From positions 224,001 through 288,000 of the forward strand of contig CAWKBC010000014.1 of NCBI GenBank assembly GCA_963847705.1: a stretch of 64,000 nt of DNA. The letters are read 5' to 3'. This DNA comes from an uncultured Pseudomonadota bacterium. Its GTDB lineage: Bacteria > Myxococcota_A > Polyangia > Fen-1088. Below are positions 44,064-54,629 of the stretch, piece after piece. The translations under genes and the position numbers were made by a program. Position 1 is the stretch's first letter. Every line of letters starts with the position of its first letter. The notes under the pieces are model-generated. The model worked only from the letters and a program-made list of their open reading frames with translations. It searched no databases and had not been told where the DNA came from.

Positions 44064-45353
44064 TTAGAGGAAGTAGAGCTGCCACTGGATGTTGACCTGG
44101 TTGGCGGCGTGCGCGGTTCCGGCCTCGGTGTTGTGCATGTAGAAGGCCTTGAGGTTCGAGTTGTGTCCGTACGGCCAGAAAGCCAGGCCGCCGCCGGCAC
44201 GCGTCTGATCGACGCTGGTCGTCCCGCCAGAAGAGGTTCCGCCCCACAGGTGTTCCAAGCGGAAGATCGGCGAGATGTGGAACGCGTCGAAGTTGTAGCC
44301 GATCTCGGTCATCAACGCGGTCTGCTTGGCGAGCGCGATGAACGTCCCACCGGTCATGTGCACCACGTCGACCTGCCCGGTGAAGATGCCCGGGCCGAGG
44401 GGCAGATCGGCGAAGACGTCGCCGCCATAGTAGTGGTAGCTCTTCTGCGTGTCGCCGGTGATGCCGAAGGAGAGAATCTTCTTCTTCCCGAGATAGGTGC
44501 CTGCGTAGAAGAATCCTGGCTCGGGATCGAGCAGGTTGATTTGCAGGCGGGCGGTGGCGCGCATGAAGTTGTTCGAGCCGACGGTGGTCGGCGTGTCGCC
44601 AGCGGCCGCGGGCTGCTCGGTGGCGCGCAGACCCTGGAACAGGCCGACGCGGAAGTCGATGTGCCCGTCGAAAACCAGCGCGCGGCCCTGAACGCCGGCG
44701 TCACGACCGACCGGGCTGGCCGTGCTGCCGAGGAGCGTGTTGGCGGTGCTCAAGAAGGAGAAGTTGAAGTAGTCCCAGGAATAGAGCGTCCCCGCTCCCT
44801 GGACGGCGTTGTGGGCCATCGGCGGCAACATGTAGCCGGCGTCGAATTTGATCATGTCGCCGTACGCCTTCCAGGTAATGAAAGCGTCCTGGATGTTCAT
44901 CCCCGGCGTGCCCTTGGTGGTCGTTGCGGCGGCCATCGCGGTCGGCGCCTCGTTCGTGGCCAAGAACAGGTTCGGGTAGTCCGTATCGAAGAAGTACTCG
45001 AACTGGCCGAATAGAGTTCCTGCAACCAGGAGCCGCGTGCGGCGGATATAAAGGTTGTAGGTCTCGCCGTTGAGCTCGTTGCTGCCGAGCATCTGGAACT
45101 GCGGCTGGAACAGCAGCCCGACCTTGAGCGTGTTGCCGCTCGAGGCCTCGCTCTTGAAGGAGACCGACGGAGGCCAGGCCGGCGCCGGCGGCGGCGCGGG
45201 CTCGGCCATCGGCGGCGCGGGCTCGGCCATCGGCGGCGCGACCGGAACGGCGGGAACGACATCCGGCGGTGGTGGGGGGGGCGCATCTTCCGCCCGGGCG
45301 AAACTGGCCGAGAGGGCGAGCGCACACACAACGAGCGAGATTCGCGACATCAT
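44064..45353 (-). CDS. Outer-membrane porin (OprO/P or amide-porin-like)
   Basis: Signal peptide, IRRTRL, QDAFITW, GRDAGV, aromatic C-terminus; upstream of the MHS transporter. Confidence 0.7.
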   Translation of the reverse strand: MMSRISLVVCALALSASFARAEDAPPPPPPDVVPAVPVAPPMAEPAPPMAEPAPPPAPAWPPSVSFKSEASSGNTLKVGLLFQPQFQMLGSNELNGETYNLYIRRTRLLVAGTLFGQFEYFFDTDYPNLFLATNEAPTAMAAATTTKGTPGMNIQDAFITWKAYGDMIKFDAGYMLPPMAHNAVQGAGTLYSWDYFNFSFLSTANTLLGSTASPVGRDAGVQGRALVFDGHIDFRVGLFQGLRATEQPAAAGDTPTTVGSNNFMRATARLQINLLDPEPGFFYAGTYLGKKKILSFGITGDTQKSYHYYGGDVFADLPLGPGIFTGQVDVVHMTGGTFIALAKQTALMTEIGYNFDAFHISPIFRLEHLWGGTSSGGTTSVDQTRAGGGLAFWPYGHNSNLKAFYMHNTEAGTAHAANQVNIQWQLYFL

Positions 45354-45689
45354 CTTCGACGCCTCCTGAGGGAGAACCGGTTGATTGACAAATCGCGGGC
45401 GCTCTTCTGCGCGCGAGTCAGGCGGACAGTCTCAGGGGCGGTCGCAAAAATCTTCGCATTCGTGGCGCGTTGCTCTCATTAATGGCGCCGCGCGCCTTGA
45501 TTTGATGACCGCGCAGTTTGAGCAGCGCCCGACCTCGTCTTGAATCACGTTCCGAGACGAAGGCGCGTGGTGCGTTCCAGATATTACAGGACTCGGAGCA
45601 AGTTGGAACCACCCGGAACCATTTGGAACGAGATTGCTCCTCTCGGCGACGACCGCGCCGATCTCTTCACGCCCGATGATCTTCTCCCG

Positions 45690-46172
45690 CTACCCGCGCA
45701 ACTTGACGACGATGGTGTTCGCCGCCTTGTCGCCGAGGCGCTGGCGCCGCTCGCCGAGAGCGAAGGCCCAGTCGAACACGCCGAGCATTCTGACCAGGTT
45801 TCGCAACAGCGAGCCCCCGTAGCTGCAGGGCGCTCCCGTGCTCTGATCGACGACGGCGATCTTGACCAGCTTCTTGCCGAAGCTCTGTCCCTCACCGAGG
45901 CCGTCGGAGAAGAGCAGGTAGCCGACGAACATCAGGACGGCAGGCGCCGCACCCACGCCCAGCGACGTCCCGATGTGCGTGCCGAGGACCATCCCCCCGC
46001 ACGACACCGCCGAATCGATGAAATGCGCTGCGAACCGCTCACCCAGCGTCGCCCGGGGCAAAGCCAGCGCCCGCGAGGTCCCCACCGCGAGCGCGCCCGT
46101 CTGGAAATCGTGCCGGCAGTCGCACTCGGTCGCCATCTCCGGGTTGGTCAGCCCGCATCTTGGACACTGCAT
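45690..46172 (-). CDS. RDD-family membrane protein with N-terminal Zn ribbon
   Basis: CPRC..CDC, RFAAHFID, GQSFGK and QRLGDKAANT. Confidence 0.88.
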   Translation of the reverse strand: MQCPRCGLTNPEMATECDCRHDFQTGALAVGTSRALALPRATLGERFAAHFIDSAVSCGGMVLGTHIGTSLGVGAAPAVLMFVGYLLFSDGLGEGQSFGKKLVKIAVVDQSTGAPCSYGGSLLRNLVRMLGVFDWAFALGERRQRLGDKAANTIVVKLRG

Positions 46173-46267
46173 GGACGCCCCCTCGTTCGTGCTCGAACCA
46201 TTGATGATGCGCGCGCGGGCGGCGCCCCGTCAACGCGCCGCCAGGGGGCCTTCGGGTGACCCACCCC

Positions 46268-46600
46268 CTAGCGGGGCGAGGCTGGTCGAGAACGCCGTGA
46301 CGGGCCGAAAAGCAGGCGCCGGAACGCCCCCCAGGCGGCGGCCGCCGCCTGACGAAGAGTCCTGCCCTGTTCCAGCCGTTCGAGCGGGCGCAGGTCATCG
46401 AAGCGCTCTGGTTCGGCCGCGCGCGCAGGCTCATCCGGGGGAGCGGCAGCGAAGAAGGCCTGCTCGAGGTCACTCCAGTCCGCGCCGTTGCCTCGGGCAA
46501 CCGAGGCGGGAGCGTTGCGCTTCACCCCTCGGGAGCGCCTGTTTTTGTTCTTGGACGGCGCGTGCGCCGACTTCGCCAGAGCGAGATGTCTTCGGGCCAT
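46268..46600 (-). CDS. Hypothetical protein
   Basis: WSDLEQAFFAAAPPDE segment; plausible codon usage. Confidence 0.4.
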   Translation of the reverse strand: MARRHLALAKSAHAPSKNKNRRSRGVKRNAPASVARGNGADWSDLEQAFFAAAPPDEPARAAEPERFDDLRPLERLEQGRTLRQAAAAAWGAFRRLLFGPSRRSRPASPR

Positions 46601-46737
46601 CGCCCGATCTACGGCCCCCGGACGCGATCGGACGCCCGGAAAAACGCCCTTCGGCCCTCTCTCGTGGCCAGACTGAATCGGACCCTCCGAACCGAACCCG
46701 ATCTTCAAGATCCGCGCCAGCGGCCCGATGAAGAGAT

Positions 46738-47910
46738 GTGCCCTGCGTTCGGCCATCGCGCGGCCTTCTCGCCCTGCTGCTCCTGCCCCTTTCGGGTTGG
46801 CTGGCCTGCGCCAACCGGGGCATGCAGGCCCCGTCAGTCGACTCCATCGTGGGGACTGGCTCGGACGACGGGGGCGCGGCAAGCCCTGATGGCTCGCCCG
46901 GCTCCGGCGGGGCGGGCGGGATCGCCGCGGCGGGCGGCGCGACAGGAACCGGCGGCACCGGGGGGGCGAATACGGGGGGCGGCGCCGGTCTGGCCAGTTC
47001 GGGCGGCGCCGGTGGAGGCAGCCTGGGCGGCGCCGCCGGTCGGGCGAACACCGGTGGCACCGGGGGTCAGACGAGCTCCGGTGGCGCCGGCGGAGCGACC
47101 CCGGCCGGGACCGGAGGTCAAACCAGCACGGGCGGCACCGGCGGTGGAAACCTCGGCGGCAGTGGAGGCACCAGCAGCGGCGGCGCGGGCGGCACGGGCG
47201 GCGGCGGCACCAGCAGCGGCGGAGTTGGCGGCGCGAGTGGCGGCGGCGCCGCCGGTCAGAGCCTTCCCCCGCTCTTCGCGTACTACCCCTTCGACCAGAC
47301 GGCCGGTCCGACGATCCCGGACGCCTCCGGCAACGGTCACGCCGGAACCCTGGCGGGCACTGCCACCTTCCCGGCCGCCGTGATCGGCAACGGGCTCAGT
47401 CTGCCGGGCGCCAGCGGCGACTACGTCGCGCTGCCGAGCGCGCTCCTCCAGTCGGTGACGAACGTGACGATCGCCCTGTGGGTCAACGTCGGCGCCGACC
47501 AGGCCTGGCAGCGGGTCTTCGATTTCGGCAGCAGCACGAACGTCTACATGTTCCTCACCCCCCACGCCGGCGGGACCACCGTGGCGCGCTTCGCGATCAG
47601 CACCAGCGGCAACGCCACCGCCAATGAGCAGCGCCTCGACGCGACCGGCGTCCTGCCGATCGGCACCTGGACCCACGTGGCGATCGTGCTGGGAGCCGGC
47701 GGCGGCACCCTTTATGTCAACGGCGCGGTCGCCGGCACCAACGCCGCGCTCACGCTTCGGCCGGCCGATCTGGGAGCGACGACCAACACCTGGCTCGGCC
47801 GGTCACAGTTCACCGCCGATCCGGCCTTCAACGGTCAGATCGACGACCTGCGCGTCTACGCCAGCGCGCTGACCGCCAGCCAGATCACGACGATCTACAA
47901 CGCCCGCTGA
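46738..47910 (+). CDS. Lipoprotein with Gly linker and LamG/ConA-like lectin domain
   Basis: WLAC lipobox; WQRVFDFG, WTHVA..LYVNG and FNGQIDDLRVY. Confidence 0.85.
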   Translation: MPCVRPSRGLLALLLLPLSGWLACANRGMQAPSVDSIVGTGSDDGGAASPDGSPGSGGAGGIAAAGGATGTGGTGGANTGGGAGLASSGGAGGGSLGGAAGRANTGGTGGQTSSGGAGGATPAGTGGQTSTGGTGGGNLGGSGGTSSGGAGGTGGGGTSSGGVGGASGGGAAGQSLPPLFAYYPFDQTAGPTIPDASGNGHAGTLAGTATFPAAVIGNGLSLPGASGDYVALPSALLQSVTNVTIALWVNVGADQAWQRVFDFGSSTNVYMFLTPHAGGTTVARFAISTSGNATANEQRLDATGVLPIGTWTHVAIVLGAGGGTLYVNGAVAGTNAALTLRPADLGATTNTWLGRSQFTADPAFNGQIDDLRVYASALTASQITTIYNAR

Positions 47911-47932
47911 CCGGCGGTCTCTCGGCCCCGGT

Positions 47933-48439
47933 TCAGGCGGTCGAGTACCGCCGGGGGACCAGCCGTCGGTCACTCGGGGTGGGCAGCTTGCGCGCGAGGC
48001 GCCGTGTGTAGACCACCTCGGTGGCCGCGAGCCGATCGTGAAATCCCCGACGCTCCGGCCCCAGGATCCAGAGGAACCCGAGATAGAAGGGGAGAGCCGA
48101 GAGCAGATAGCCGGCGAATCGGAGCACGGCCCGACCGAGGCCGACCTTTCCACCGCCGAGCGCGACGACGCGCAGGCCGAGCAACCATTTTCCCGGCGTC
48201 TGCCCCCGAAGCCACCAGAAGACGATGTTGTACAGACAGACGATCAGCGGGGCGCAGACGAGCAGGAGCTCCCCCAGGCTGAACGGAGGGGCGAATCGGC
48301 GGAGGGCCTGCTGCGCCAGCAGCAGCAACGACGCGGTCCCCTGCAACGTCACCCAGAGAATGATCGCGTCCGCCGCCACCGCGGCAAGCCGGGTGACGAA
48401 CCCGGCGCGTTCGCCTCTGGTACGGGCGAGGGCGGTCAT
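47933..48439 (-). CDS. RDD-family membrane protein
   Basis: AGFVTRLAA..D, GQTPGK and RGFHDRLAAT; ATGA overlap with the upstream gene. Confidence 0.88.
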   Translation of the reverse strand: MTALARTRGERAGFVTRLAAVAADAIILWVTLQGTASLLLLAQQALRRFAPPFSLGELLLVCAPLIVCLYNIVFWWLRGQTPGKWLLGLRVVALGGGKVGLGRAVLRFAGYLLSALPFYLGFLWILGPERRGFHDRLAATEVVYTRRLARKLPTPSDRRLVPRRYSTA

Positions 48440-49140
48440 CGTGGTCGTGTCGCTCGGCCGGCGCCAAAGAGGCGCCCCACCGTGCGTTCCGCCAGGTTGT
48501 CGGCGCGCGCGGACCGCTCGCGCAGCTCGCTCATGGCGGTCACCGCGATCCCTTCGCTCTGCTCCCGGATGACGCTCTTGAGGTCCGGGCTCTCGGAGAT
48601 GCGTGCGAGCATGTTCTCGCGCAACACGGTGAGCGCGTCGAAGGCCAGGAGGCGGCTGGCCGCTTCTTCGCGCCGCCCCAGCTCGGCCCAGCGGGCGAGC
48701 CGTCTCTCCCCCTGAGCGCGCCAGGCCCGCAGCCGATCTGCCGCCGCAGGCAGGCCCGGCAACCGAGCGACGACGCTGCGCAGGCGCTCGAGCGAAGCCG
48801 CCCGCCGGCGGGCCGAGGCGGCCAGGGGCCTCCACCGGGCGCGCGCGAGCGCAGGCGCCCTGGAGGCGGCACCGACGGCGTCGGACAGCATTCCCATGGC
48901 CGCGTGGCGAAGACTGGGAGCCGTGCCCGCGGCCGTCGGCTCGAGCAGAGGCGGCGCCTCGACGGCAGCGCAGGCCGAGAGGACGCCCCCGACCCGTTCA
49001 TTGGTCAGCTCCGTCATGCCCAGCACAAAACGGAACATCAATCGCGCTCGGCCAAGCGAGGTGGGCGAGGCGGGCGAGGCAGGCGAGAGTCGTTCCGTCG
49101 GATCGTTCGCGGGCCGGGTCGCCGAGAGCCTCTCTTCCAC
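48436..49140 (-). CDS. Hypothetical helical protein coupled to the RDD gene (start uncertain)
   Basis: C-terminal VIREQSEGIA..ELRERSARAD; translationally coupled to RDD. Confidence 0.55.
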   Translation of the reverse strand: MEERLSATRPANDPTERLSPASPASPTSLGRARLMFRFVLGMTELTNERVGGVLSACAAVEAPPLLEPTAAGTAPSLRHAAMGMLSDAVGAASRAPALARARWRPLAASARRRAASLERLRSVVARLPGLPAAADRLRAWRAQGERRLARWAELGRREEAASRLLAFDALTVLRENMLARISESPDLKSVIREQSEGIAVTAMSELRERSARADNLAERTVGRLFGAGRATRPR

Positions 49141-49442
49141 CTCCTTCAACCTGGAGTGCCGCCGCGACACCGCAACGGTCGGCGTTGTGAGGCGCGGTCG
49201 CAATCTTGTGGCGCCAGGTCGCCGAACCTCGACGGCAGCCCGCCGGCCCTCAGCCGCTGGTCGGCCTGGCACCGAAACACGAGGGCGGCGCGCTTCCGTG
49301 CGGCGCGAGGCAATCACTCGCCCGCGAGCTCTGCGCGCGTAGTGCACAGGTGTGAGCCTCGATGTGAAGCCCTCCATACAGATCGCGGTTTGAACCAACG
49401 CCGTCTGCGGGCTCTTACGGCCCCTGCCGGTCGTCCGCAACC

Positions 49443-49458
49443 TGGCCTGGATCGTGCT
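49443..49458 (+). promoter_or_regulatory. Putative sigma54 promoter of the lipoprotein gene
   Basis: TGGCCTGGATCGTGCT (GG-N10-GC), with TGT-N12-ACA at 49363-49380 upstream. Confidence 0.5.
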
Positions 49459-49511
49459 CACCGCTGTGGTCGAGCAACAGCCAACCCGCCACCCTCTCGA
49501 GGAGATCAGCC

Positions 49512-50423
49512 ATGTCGAAGCAGCTTTCACTCACGTTCGGGGTCGCCGCCGTCTTGCTGCTGCACGCAGGCTGCGGCGAGCCAGAGTCCTCCACCAGCGC
49601 CCCCGACGATGCGATCCAGGCCGTCTATGAAGGGCGACTGACCGTCCCGCAGGCCCAGACCAGTTGCGGCTGCCGCCTGGAGCTGGTTCCCGTCGGCGGC
49701 ACGGTCTTTCACTTCGGCCTCGATCTGTCTCAGAGCCCGCCGGTCTCGTTTCCCTTCCAGTCCACCGTTGCGGGCGTGCACGTCTCGATCGCCGAGCTTC
49801 CCATCACCCGCCTCCTCAACATCCGGTCGGACGCGAACGGCAAGTGGGGCTTCACCGCCATCAAGCTCCAGGGCAAGCCTCTTCCGCTCTCTTTCGTCTA
49901 TCAGCTCGATGGATATCAGACCACGAAGTCGCAGGTCTTCCAGGTGGGAGATTTCGGGATCACCGATCTGGCGGTTCAGTTCTCGACCGCGGCCTACTTC
50001 TCGGCAGCCAAGGGCCAGATCGAACAGCAGATCGGCGGCCTGATCGGCGCCCCTTACACGCTGAACAACGTCCTGGTGACGACGGTTGGAAAGTCCTGGG
50101 CGTCGATGTACTCACCCCAGCTTCCGCACGGCGATCCCGGGGCGCAGGTCTCGATCGACCCGGCGGTCGCCTTCCCCGCCTCGCTCGGTCCGGTTTACTT
50201 CAATGCGTCCGTCTCGCCCGACCCGACCTTGAGCAGCACCTCGGTGGATGGTGGCGTTCTCTTCGGCAACCTGCCGAATGGCAGCTACACGGTCACCGCC
50301 ACCAAGGCGCCGTTCACCTATGCGTCGCTCACCTTCGTCATCGAGAGCGACATCGGCCTCTACGTCGCGTCACCGCCGCACGCCACCCAGGGGACGAACA
50401 GCTCGCCACCCGGACAACCATGA
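49512..50423 (+). CDS. Lipoprotein with beta-sandwich (carboxypeptidase-regulatory-like) domains
   Basis: HAGC lipobox; TSVDGGVLFGNLPNGSYTVTA; GAGGAG RBS. Confidence 0.7.
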   Translation: MSKQLSLTFGVAAVLLLHAGCGEPESSTSAPDDAIQAVYEGRLTVPQAQTSCGCRLELVPVGGTVFHFGLDLSQSPPVSFPFQSTVAGVHVSIAELPITRLLNIRSDANGKWGFTAIKLQGKPLPLSFVYQLDGYQTTKSQVFQVGDFGITDLAVQFSTAAYFSAAKGQIEQQIGGLIGAPYTLNNVLVTTVGKSWASMYSPQLPHGDPGAQVSIDPAVAFPASLGPVYFNASVSPDPTLSSTSVDGGVLFGNLPNGSYTVTATKAPFTYASLTFVIESDIGLYVASPPHATQGTNSSPPGQP

Positions 50424-50593
50424 CGTCTCGCGCAGCCGGGGCGTGTCGGCGTGCTCGGCCATCGCGCTTCCCCCGCCTCTTGCGCAGGCGACGGCGTCGG
50501 CTCTTTGCGTCGGCGCCGTTCGATCCGGCGTTGCCAGCCGGCAACAGGGACCGTCTTGGCGGTCCAACACGGTGTGCAGGTGGCTCAACGGAG

Positions 50594-50665
50594 TGTGCAA
50601 ACATCTGCACATCGGACTCCGCGGACCCAGGCCGGCATTGACGTCGTGCTGGCACGTCAGTTGCG
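50594..50665 (+). promoter_or_regulatory. Sigma54 promoter with upstream palindromic enhancer
   Basis: TGGCACGTCAGTTGC at 50650-50664 matches the -24/-12 consensus; TGTGCA-N6-TGCACA at 50594-50611. Confidence 0.8.
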
Positions 50666-50700
50666 TAATGGAGCCCCGGGATGTGTATCCTCGGTGATCT

Positions 50701-52215
50701 GTGAGCACTCAGGATTGGATCAACCTCATCGCCTGCGTGGGCGAGCTGGCGGTGGCCGCACTGGTCGCCTTGCGGGCCCTGGCGGGCCCTCTGGCCATGC
50801 CGTTGATGTTCGTGAGCGTGGACTTCTTCGTCTGGAACTTCGCGCAGCTCGCCTACCATCGCACCGGCATCGTCGACTGGCACCTCCTCGACATGGTGGC
50901 CTCGCCGATCGCGCTCGCGTTGGCGTTCGATTTTTTGTTGCGGTTCACCGGCCGCGCACGACAGTTTCGCTGGCCGACGCGCGCCGTCTACGCCTATTAC
51001 GGGGCGCTGTCGGCAATCGCGGCGCTGGGGTGGTTCACGGCGATCGGCCGCCGCATCGCGCTCTCCGCGGTCTGGAGCTGGGCCTGGTTGGAGGGGCTGG
51101 GGCCCATTTCGGTGTTCATCTTGATCCTGCTCTTCATTCATCTCCGCCGGGTCGGCACCGTCGAGGAACGCAGCCGAACCCGGCTGCTCTTGGTCGCGGT
51201 GTTCGTCGTCTCGCCCCTGGCATCGACCGAGGTGTGGGCCGATCTCGGCTTCCCGGTCCCCCGCCTGGGCGCCGTCGGCATTCTGTCCTGGACGGCGATC
51301 CTGATGATCGCGGCGCTCCGCTTCCGGCTCTTCGATCGCGCGCTCACCCCCTCGACCGTCCTCTCGGCCACGGTGCTGGCCAGCGTGGGGGGGATCGCCT
51401 ATCTCACGGTGTTCCACATCGCGGGAACCAACACGGCCCTCCTGGTCCTGGGGACGCTGACCGTCACATTGACCTTGCTGGCGGCCACGCGGTTGGTCGT
51501 CGGTGCGATCATCGCGCGGCGAGATCACACGGTCCGCCTGGTCACGCTGGGGAAGATGGCGGCCCAGATGGCCCACGACCTCAAGAACCCGCTGGCGGCG
51601 CTCAAGGGAGCCTGCCAGTTCTTGCGCGAGGAACGCGCCCAGGGCCGCTCGATCGACGATCGCACGGAGTTTCTCGAGCTGCTGGTGTCGCAGATCGATC
51701 GGCTGGAAGGCTCCATCGACCGGTACCAACGCCTGCGCGACATGCAGCCGACGTTGGCGCCGATTCAAGTCAATGACCTGGTCCAGAACCTGGTGGCGTT
51801 GCGCGGCGTGAACAGCGGGTCGCACATCATCGTCAAATCGCAGCTGGCGCGGGATCTCCCCCCGTGCCACGTCGATCGCGACCTGGTTGCCGGCGCGATT
51901 GAGAACCTCCTGCAGAATGCGTTCGAGTCGCACCCCCGCGACGCGAGCGTGACGGTGAGAACCTCGTTGAGCAGCGCGCGCCAGACCAGAGGGATCATGG
52001 TCTCCGTCGAGGACAGCGGTGTTGGAATGAGCGCCCGGGTGCGCGAGCGCGCGCTCGACGACTTCTTCACCACCAAGGAGACCGGCACCGGCCTGGGGCT
52101 TCCCTTCGTTCGGCGTGTCGCGGAGGCGCATGGGGGCGAGATCTCGCTCATCAGCAAGGAGGGCGCGGGAACGACGGTGCGAATCTTCATTCCGCTGGAA
52201 TCGGTGCGATCATGA
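50701..52215 (+). CDS. Sensor histidine kinase with multi-TM N-terminus
   Basis: AHDLKNPL, NLLQNA, DSGVG and FFTTK..GTGLGL. Confidence 0.95.
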   Translation: MSTQDWINLIACVGELAVAALVALRALAGPLAMPLMFVSVDFFVWNFAQLAYHRTGIVDWHLLDMVASPIALALAFDFLLRFTGRARQFRWPTRAVYAYYGALSAIAALGWFTAIGRRIALSAVWSWAWLEGLGPISVFILILLFIHLRRVGTVEERSRTRLLLVAVFVVSPLASTEVWADLGFPVPRLGAVGILSWTAILMIAALRFRLFDRALTPSTVLSATVLASVGGIAYLTVFHIAGTNTALLVLGTLTVTLTLLAATRLVVGAIIARRDHTVRLVTLGKMAAQMAHDLKNPLAALKGACQFLREERAQGRSIDDRTEFLELLVSQIDRLEGSIDRYQRLRDMQPTLAPIQVNDLVQNLVALRGVNSGSHIIVKSQLARDLPPCHVDRDLVAGAIENLLQNAFESHPRDASVTVRTSLSSARQTRGIMVSVEDSGVGMSARVRERALDDFFTTKETGTGLGLPFVRRVAEAHGGEISLISKEGAGTTVRIFIPLESVRS

Positions 52216-53552
52216 GCGAACCCAACGGAAACGTGCTGATCGTCGACGATGACCCCGATGTCGGGAAGGTCATCGAGGCGCTGCTGGTGCAGGCGGGGAT
52301 CTCTTGCCGCTGGGTCCCGGACGCGGAGAGCGCCCTTGCCGTCTTGCGCGAGCGGCCCATGGACGTCGTCCTCACGGATCTGCGCATGCCTGGCGCGAGC
52401 GGCCTCGATCTCCTGGAGGAGATCGTTGAACGCTGGCCGGAGATCCCGGTGGTCCTCTTGACCGCGCACGCCACCCTCGAGGTGGCCGTCGAAGCCTCGG
52501 TCAAGGGCGCGGCGGACTTCCTGCGTAAGCCGTTCGACCGGGAGGAGGTCCTGTTCACGGTCCGCAAGCAGCTCGGTGTCTCGCGGTACGCAACCCATCA
52601 CCCCACCCACGGCGTCAAGAACGACCCCACCGAGAGCGCGTCGCCCAAGATGCGCGAGGTCGAGGATATGATCCGGCGGGCGGCGGCCGGCAATTTCACC
52701 GTCATCTTGCGCGGGGAGAACGGGACCGGGAAGGACGTGGCGGCGCAAGCCATCCACCGAAGAGGGCCCCGGCAGGCGGAGCCGTTCGTCCGCGTCCACT
52801 GCGCCGCTTTCCCGGAGACCTTGATCGAGAGCGAGCTCTTCGGTTACGAGCGCGGCGCCTTCAACGGCGCCGCCTCGCGCCGGTTCGGGCGGGTGGAGAT
52901 CGCCGGCCGCGGGACCCTGTTCCTCGACGAGATCGGCGACGTCTCGCTGCCGGTGCAGGTCAAGCTCCTGCGGCTCTTGCAGGAGCGGGAGTTTGAACGT
53001 CTGGGGAGCAGCCAGACCTTGAAGACGCCCGCCCGGTTCATCGCGGCGACGCATCAGCCGCTCGAAGAGTTGATCGAGCGCGGGAAGTTTCGGGAGGACC
53101 TCTTCTTCCGGCTCAAGGTCCTGGAGATCTGGATCCCCCCGCTGCGCGAGCGTCCCGAGGACGTGGAAGCGCTGGCGCATCGTTTCTGCACGGAGTCGGC
53201 CCACAACAACGGGCGGGGCGAGATGGAGATCTCGGCGCCGGCGATCGCCCTTCTGAGGAATCAGCCCTGGCCGGGAAATGTCCGCGAGCTGCAACACTGC
53301 ATCGAACGGATGGTGATCCTGTCCGACGGTGACCGGCTCACCGTGGCGGACGTCGAGCGGCAGCTCGCCCCCACGCCGTCGGCGCGGGCGAGCAGGCCGG
53401 ACACGCTCCGAGGCAGCGTGGACGGGTTCGAGATGGAGCTGATCCGGAAGGTGCTGCTCGAGGAGGACGGCAACAAGACCAAGGCCGCCGCCCGCCTCAA
53501 GATCAGCCGGCGCACGCTCTACAACCGGCTCGCCGAGTACGGGCTCCTCTGA
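52212..53552 (+). CDS. Sigma54-type (NtrC-family) response regulator
   Basis: REC domain, [29 protein letters not shown] and Fis HTH. Confidence 0.95.
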   Translation: MSEPNGNVLIVDDDPDVGKVIEALLVQAGISCRWVPDAESALAVLRERPMDVVLTDLRMPGASGLDLLEEIVERWPEIPVVLLTAHATLEVAVEASVKGAADFLRKPFDREEVLFTVRKQLGVSRYATHHPTHGVKNDPTESASPKMREVEDMIRRAAAGNFTVILRGENGTGKDVAAQAIHRRGPRQAEPFVRVHCAAFPETLIESELFGYERGAFNGAASRRFGRVEIAGRGTLFLDEIGDVSLPVQVKLLRLLQEREFERLGSSQTLKTPARFIAATHQPLEELIERGKFREDLFFRLKVLEIWIPPLRERPEDVEALAHRFCTESAHNNGRGEMEISAPAIALLRNQPWPGNVRELQHCIERMVILSDGDRLTVADVERQLAPTPSARASRPDTLRGSVDGFEMELIRKVLLEEDGNKTKAAARLKISRRTLYNRLAEYGLL

Positions 53553-53623
53553 CCGTCCCGTCGCGCTGACGATTCTGGCCCTGCTGCCCCAGGTCGACGA
53601 CAGGCCGGCCACCGCGGTCGTGG

Positions 53624-54536
53624 TCAAGGCTCCGGATCGCGCTCAGCCGCCTCCAGCGCGGCCGACGCCTCCGCCAGGGCGGCGCGCGTGCTCTCGAGGC
53701 GCCGCGCGGCCTCCTTGAGAGCACGCGTGGCCGCCTCGACCTCCCGTTCGTCCCGCGCCCGCGCCACCTGCGCCGTCTCGACCCGCTCTCGAAGGTTCTC
53801 GAATCCGTCGCTTCCGGAAGGCCCGGGCCTCATCCCGCGCGCGCGCCTCATCCCGTGCGCGCGCCTCATCATCCCGTGCGCGCGCCTCGTCCCGCGCGCG
53901 CACCTCATCCTGTGCGCGCGCCTGGTCCCGCGTGCGCGAGGCTTCATGTACCCGCGCCGCCTGGTTGTCCGCGGGGGCGTCGGGCTGGACGCCCTTCACG
54001 GCTTGCGTCGGAGCCGGCGTCCTCGGGCCGGCCGGCAGCTCGGGCGTTCCGGCAAACGGGTTCAGCGCGCTGTCGTCGGCCACGTCGCGCACGAGGCGGC
54101 CGCTCTCGATGAGGGGGCGGCTCTCCGGGCTCGAGATCCCGGCCCGCAGGTCATGCACCACCTGGGTGAGCAGCTCCGGTGTGGGGCGGAACCCAGACGC
54201 GTTCAGGATCTCCTCCGCTTTGAGCCGCAACGCCTTCAAGCTCTCACGATGCGCCGCCAGCACCTCGGCGTAGCGCGGCGCCCCGCCCCGGTTCCCCCCC
54301 TGCAGGCCGGCCGTGGCCTCGGCGAGGCGTCCCACCAGGGCCGGCGCCTGGCGGGCAATCTGGTTGACCGCCCAGACGGAGAGCGTCGGGCGGGGAAGCT
54401 TCTCGACGGTCGCGGCGTCGTCGCGACGTCCGGACGCCTTCAGCTTCTTGACGATCGCCTTCCGTTCCCCGACGAAGTCGGCCGGTCGGACCGAGAAGAG
54501 CCGGCCGATGTCGTCTTCGGTCTCGAGGGTCGTCAC
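53624..54536 (-). CDS. Hypothetical protein with DEARAR repeats (apparent +1 frameshift near 53803)
   Basis: FVGERK..LPRPTLSVWAVNQ N-terminus; the coiled-coil C-terminus continues in the 53624..53947 frame. Confidence 0.65.
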
Positions 54537-54629
54537 GCGTCGAAGGTTACTTCGCCTTCAACTCCCCGGTCACCTCGCCGCCTCTTCCCGCCGAGCTCCA
54601 ACGGTGCCCGGTCAGCGAGCTGGCTCGGG

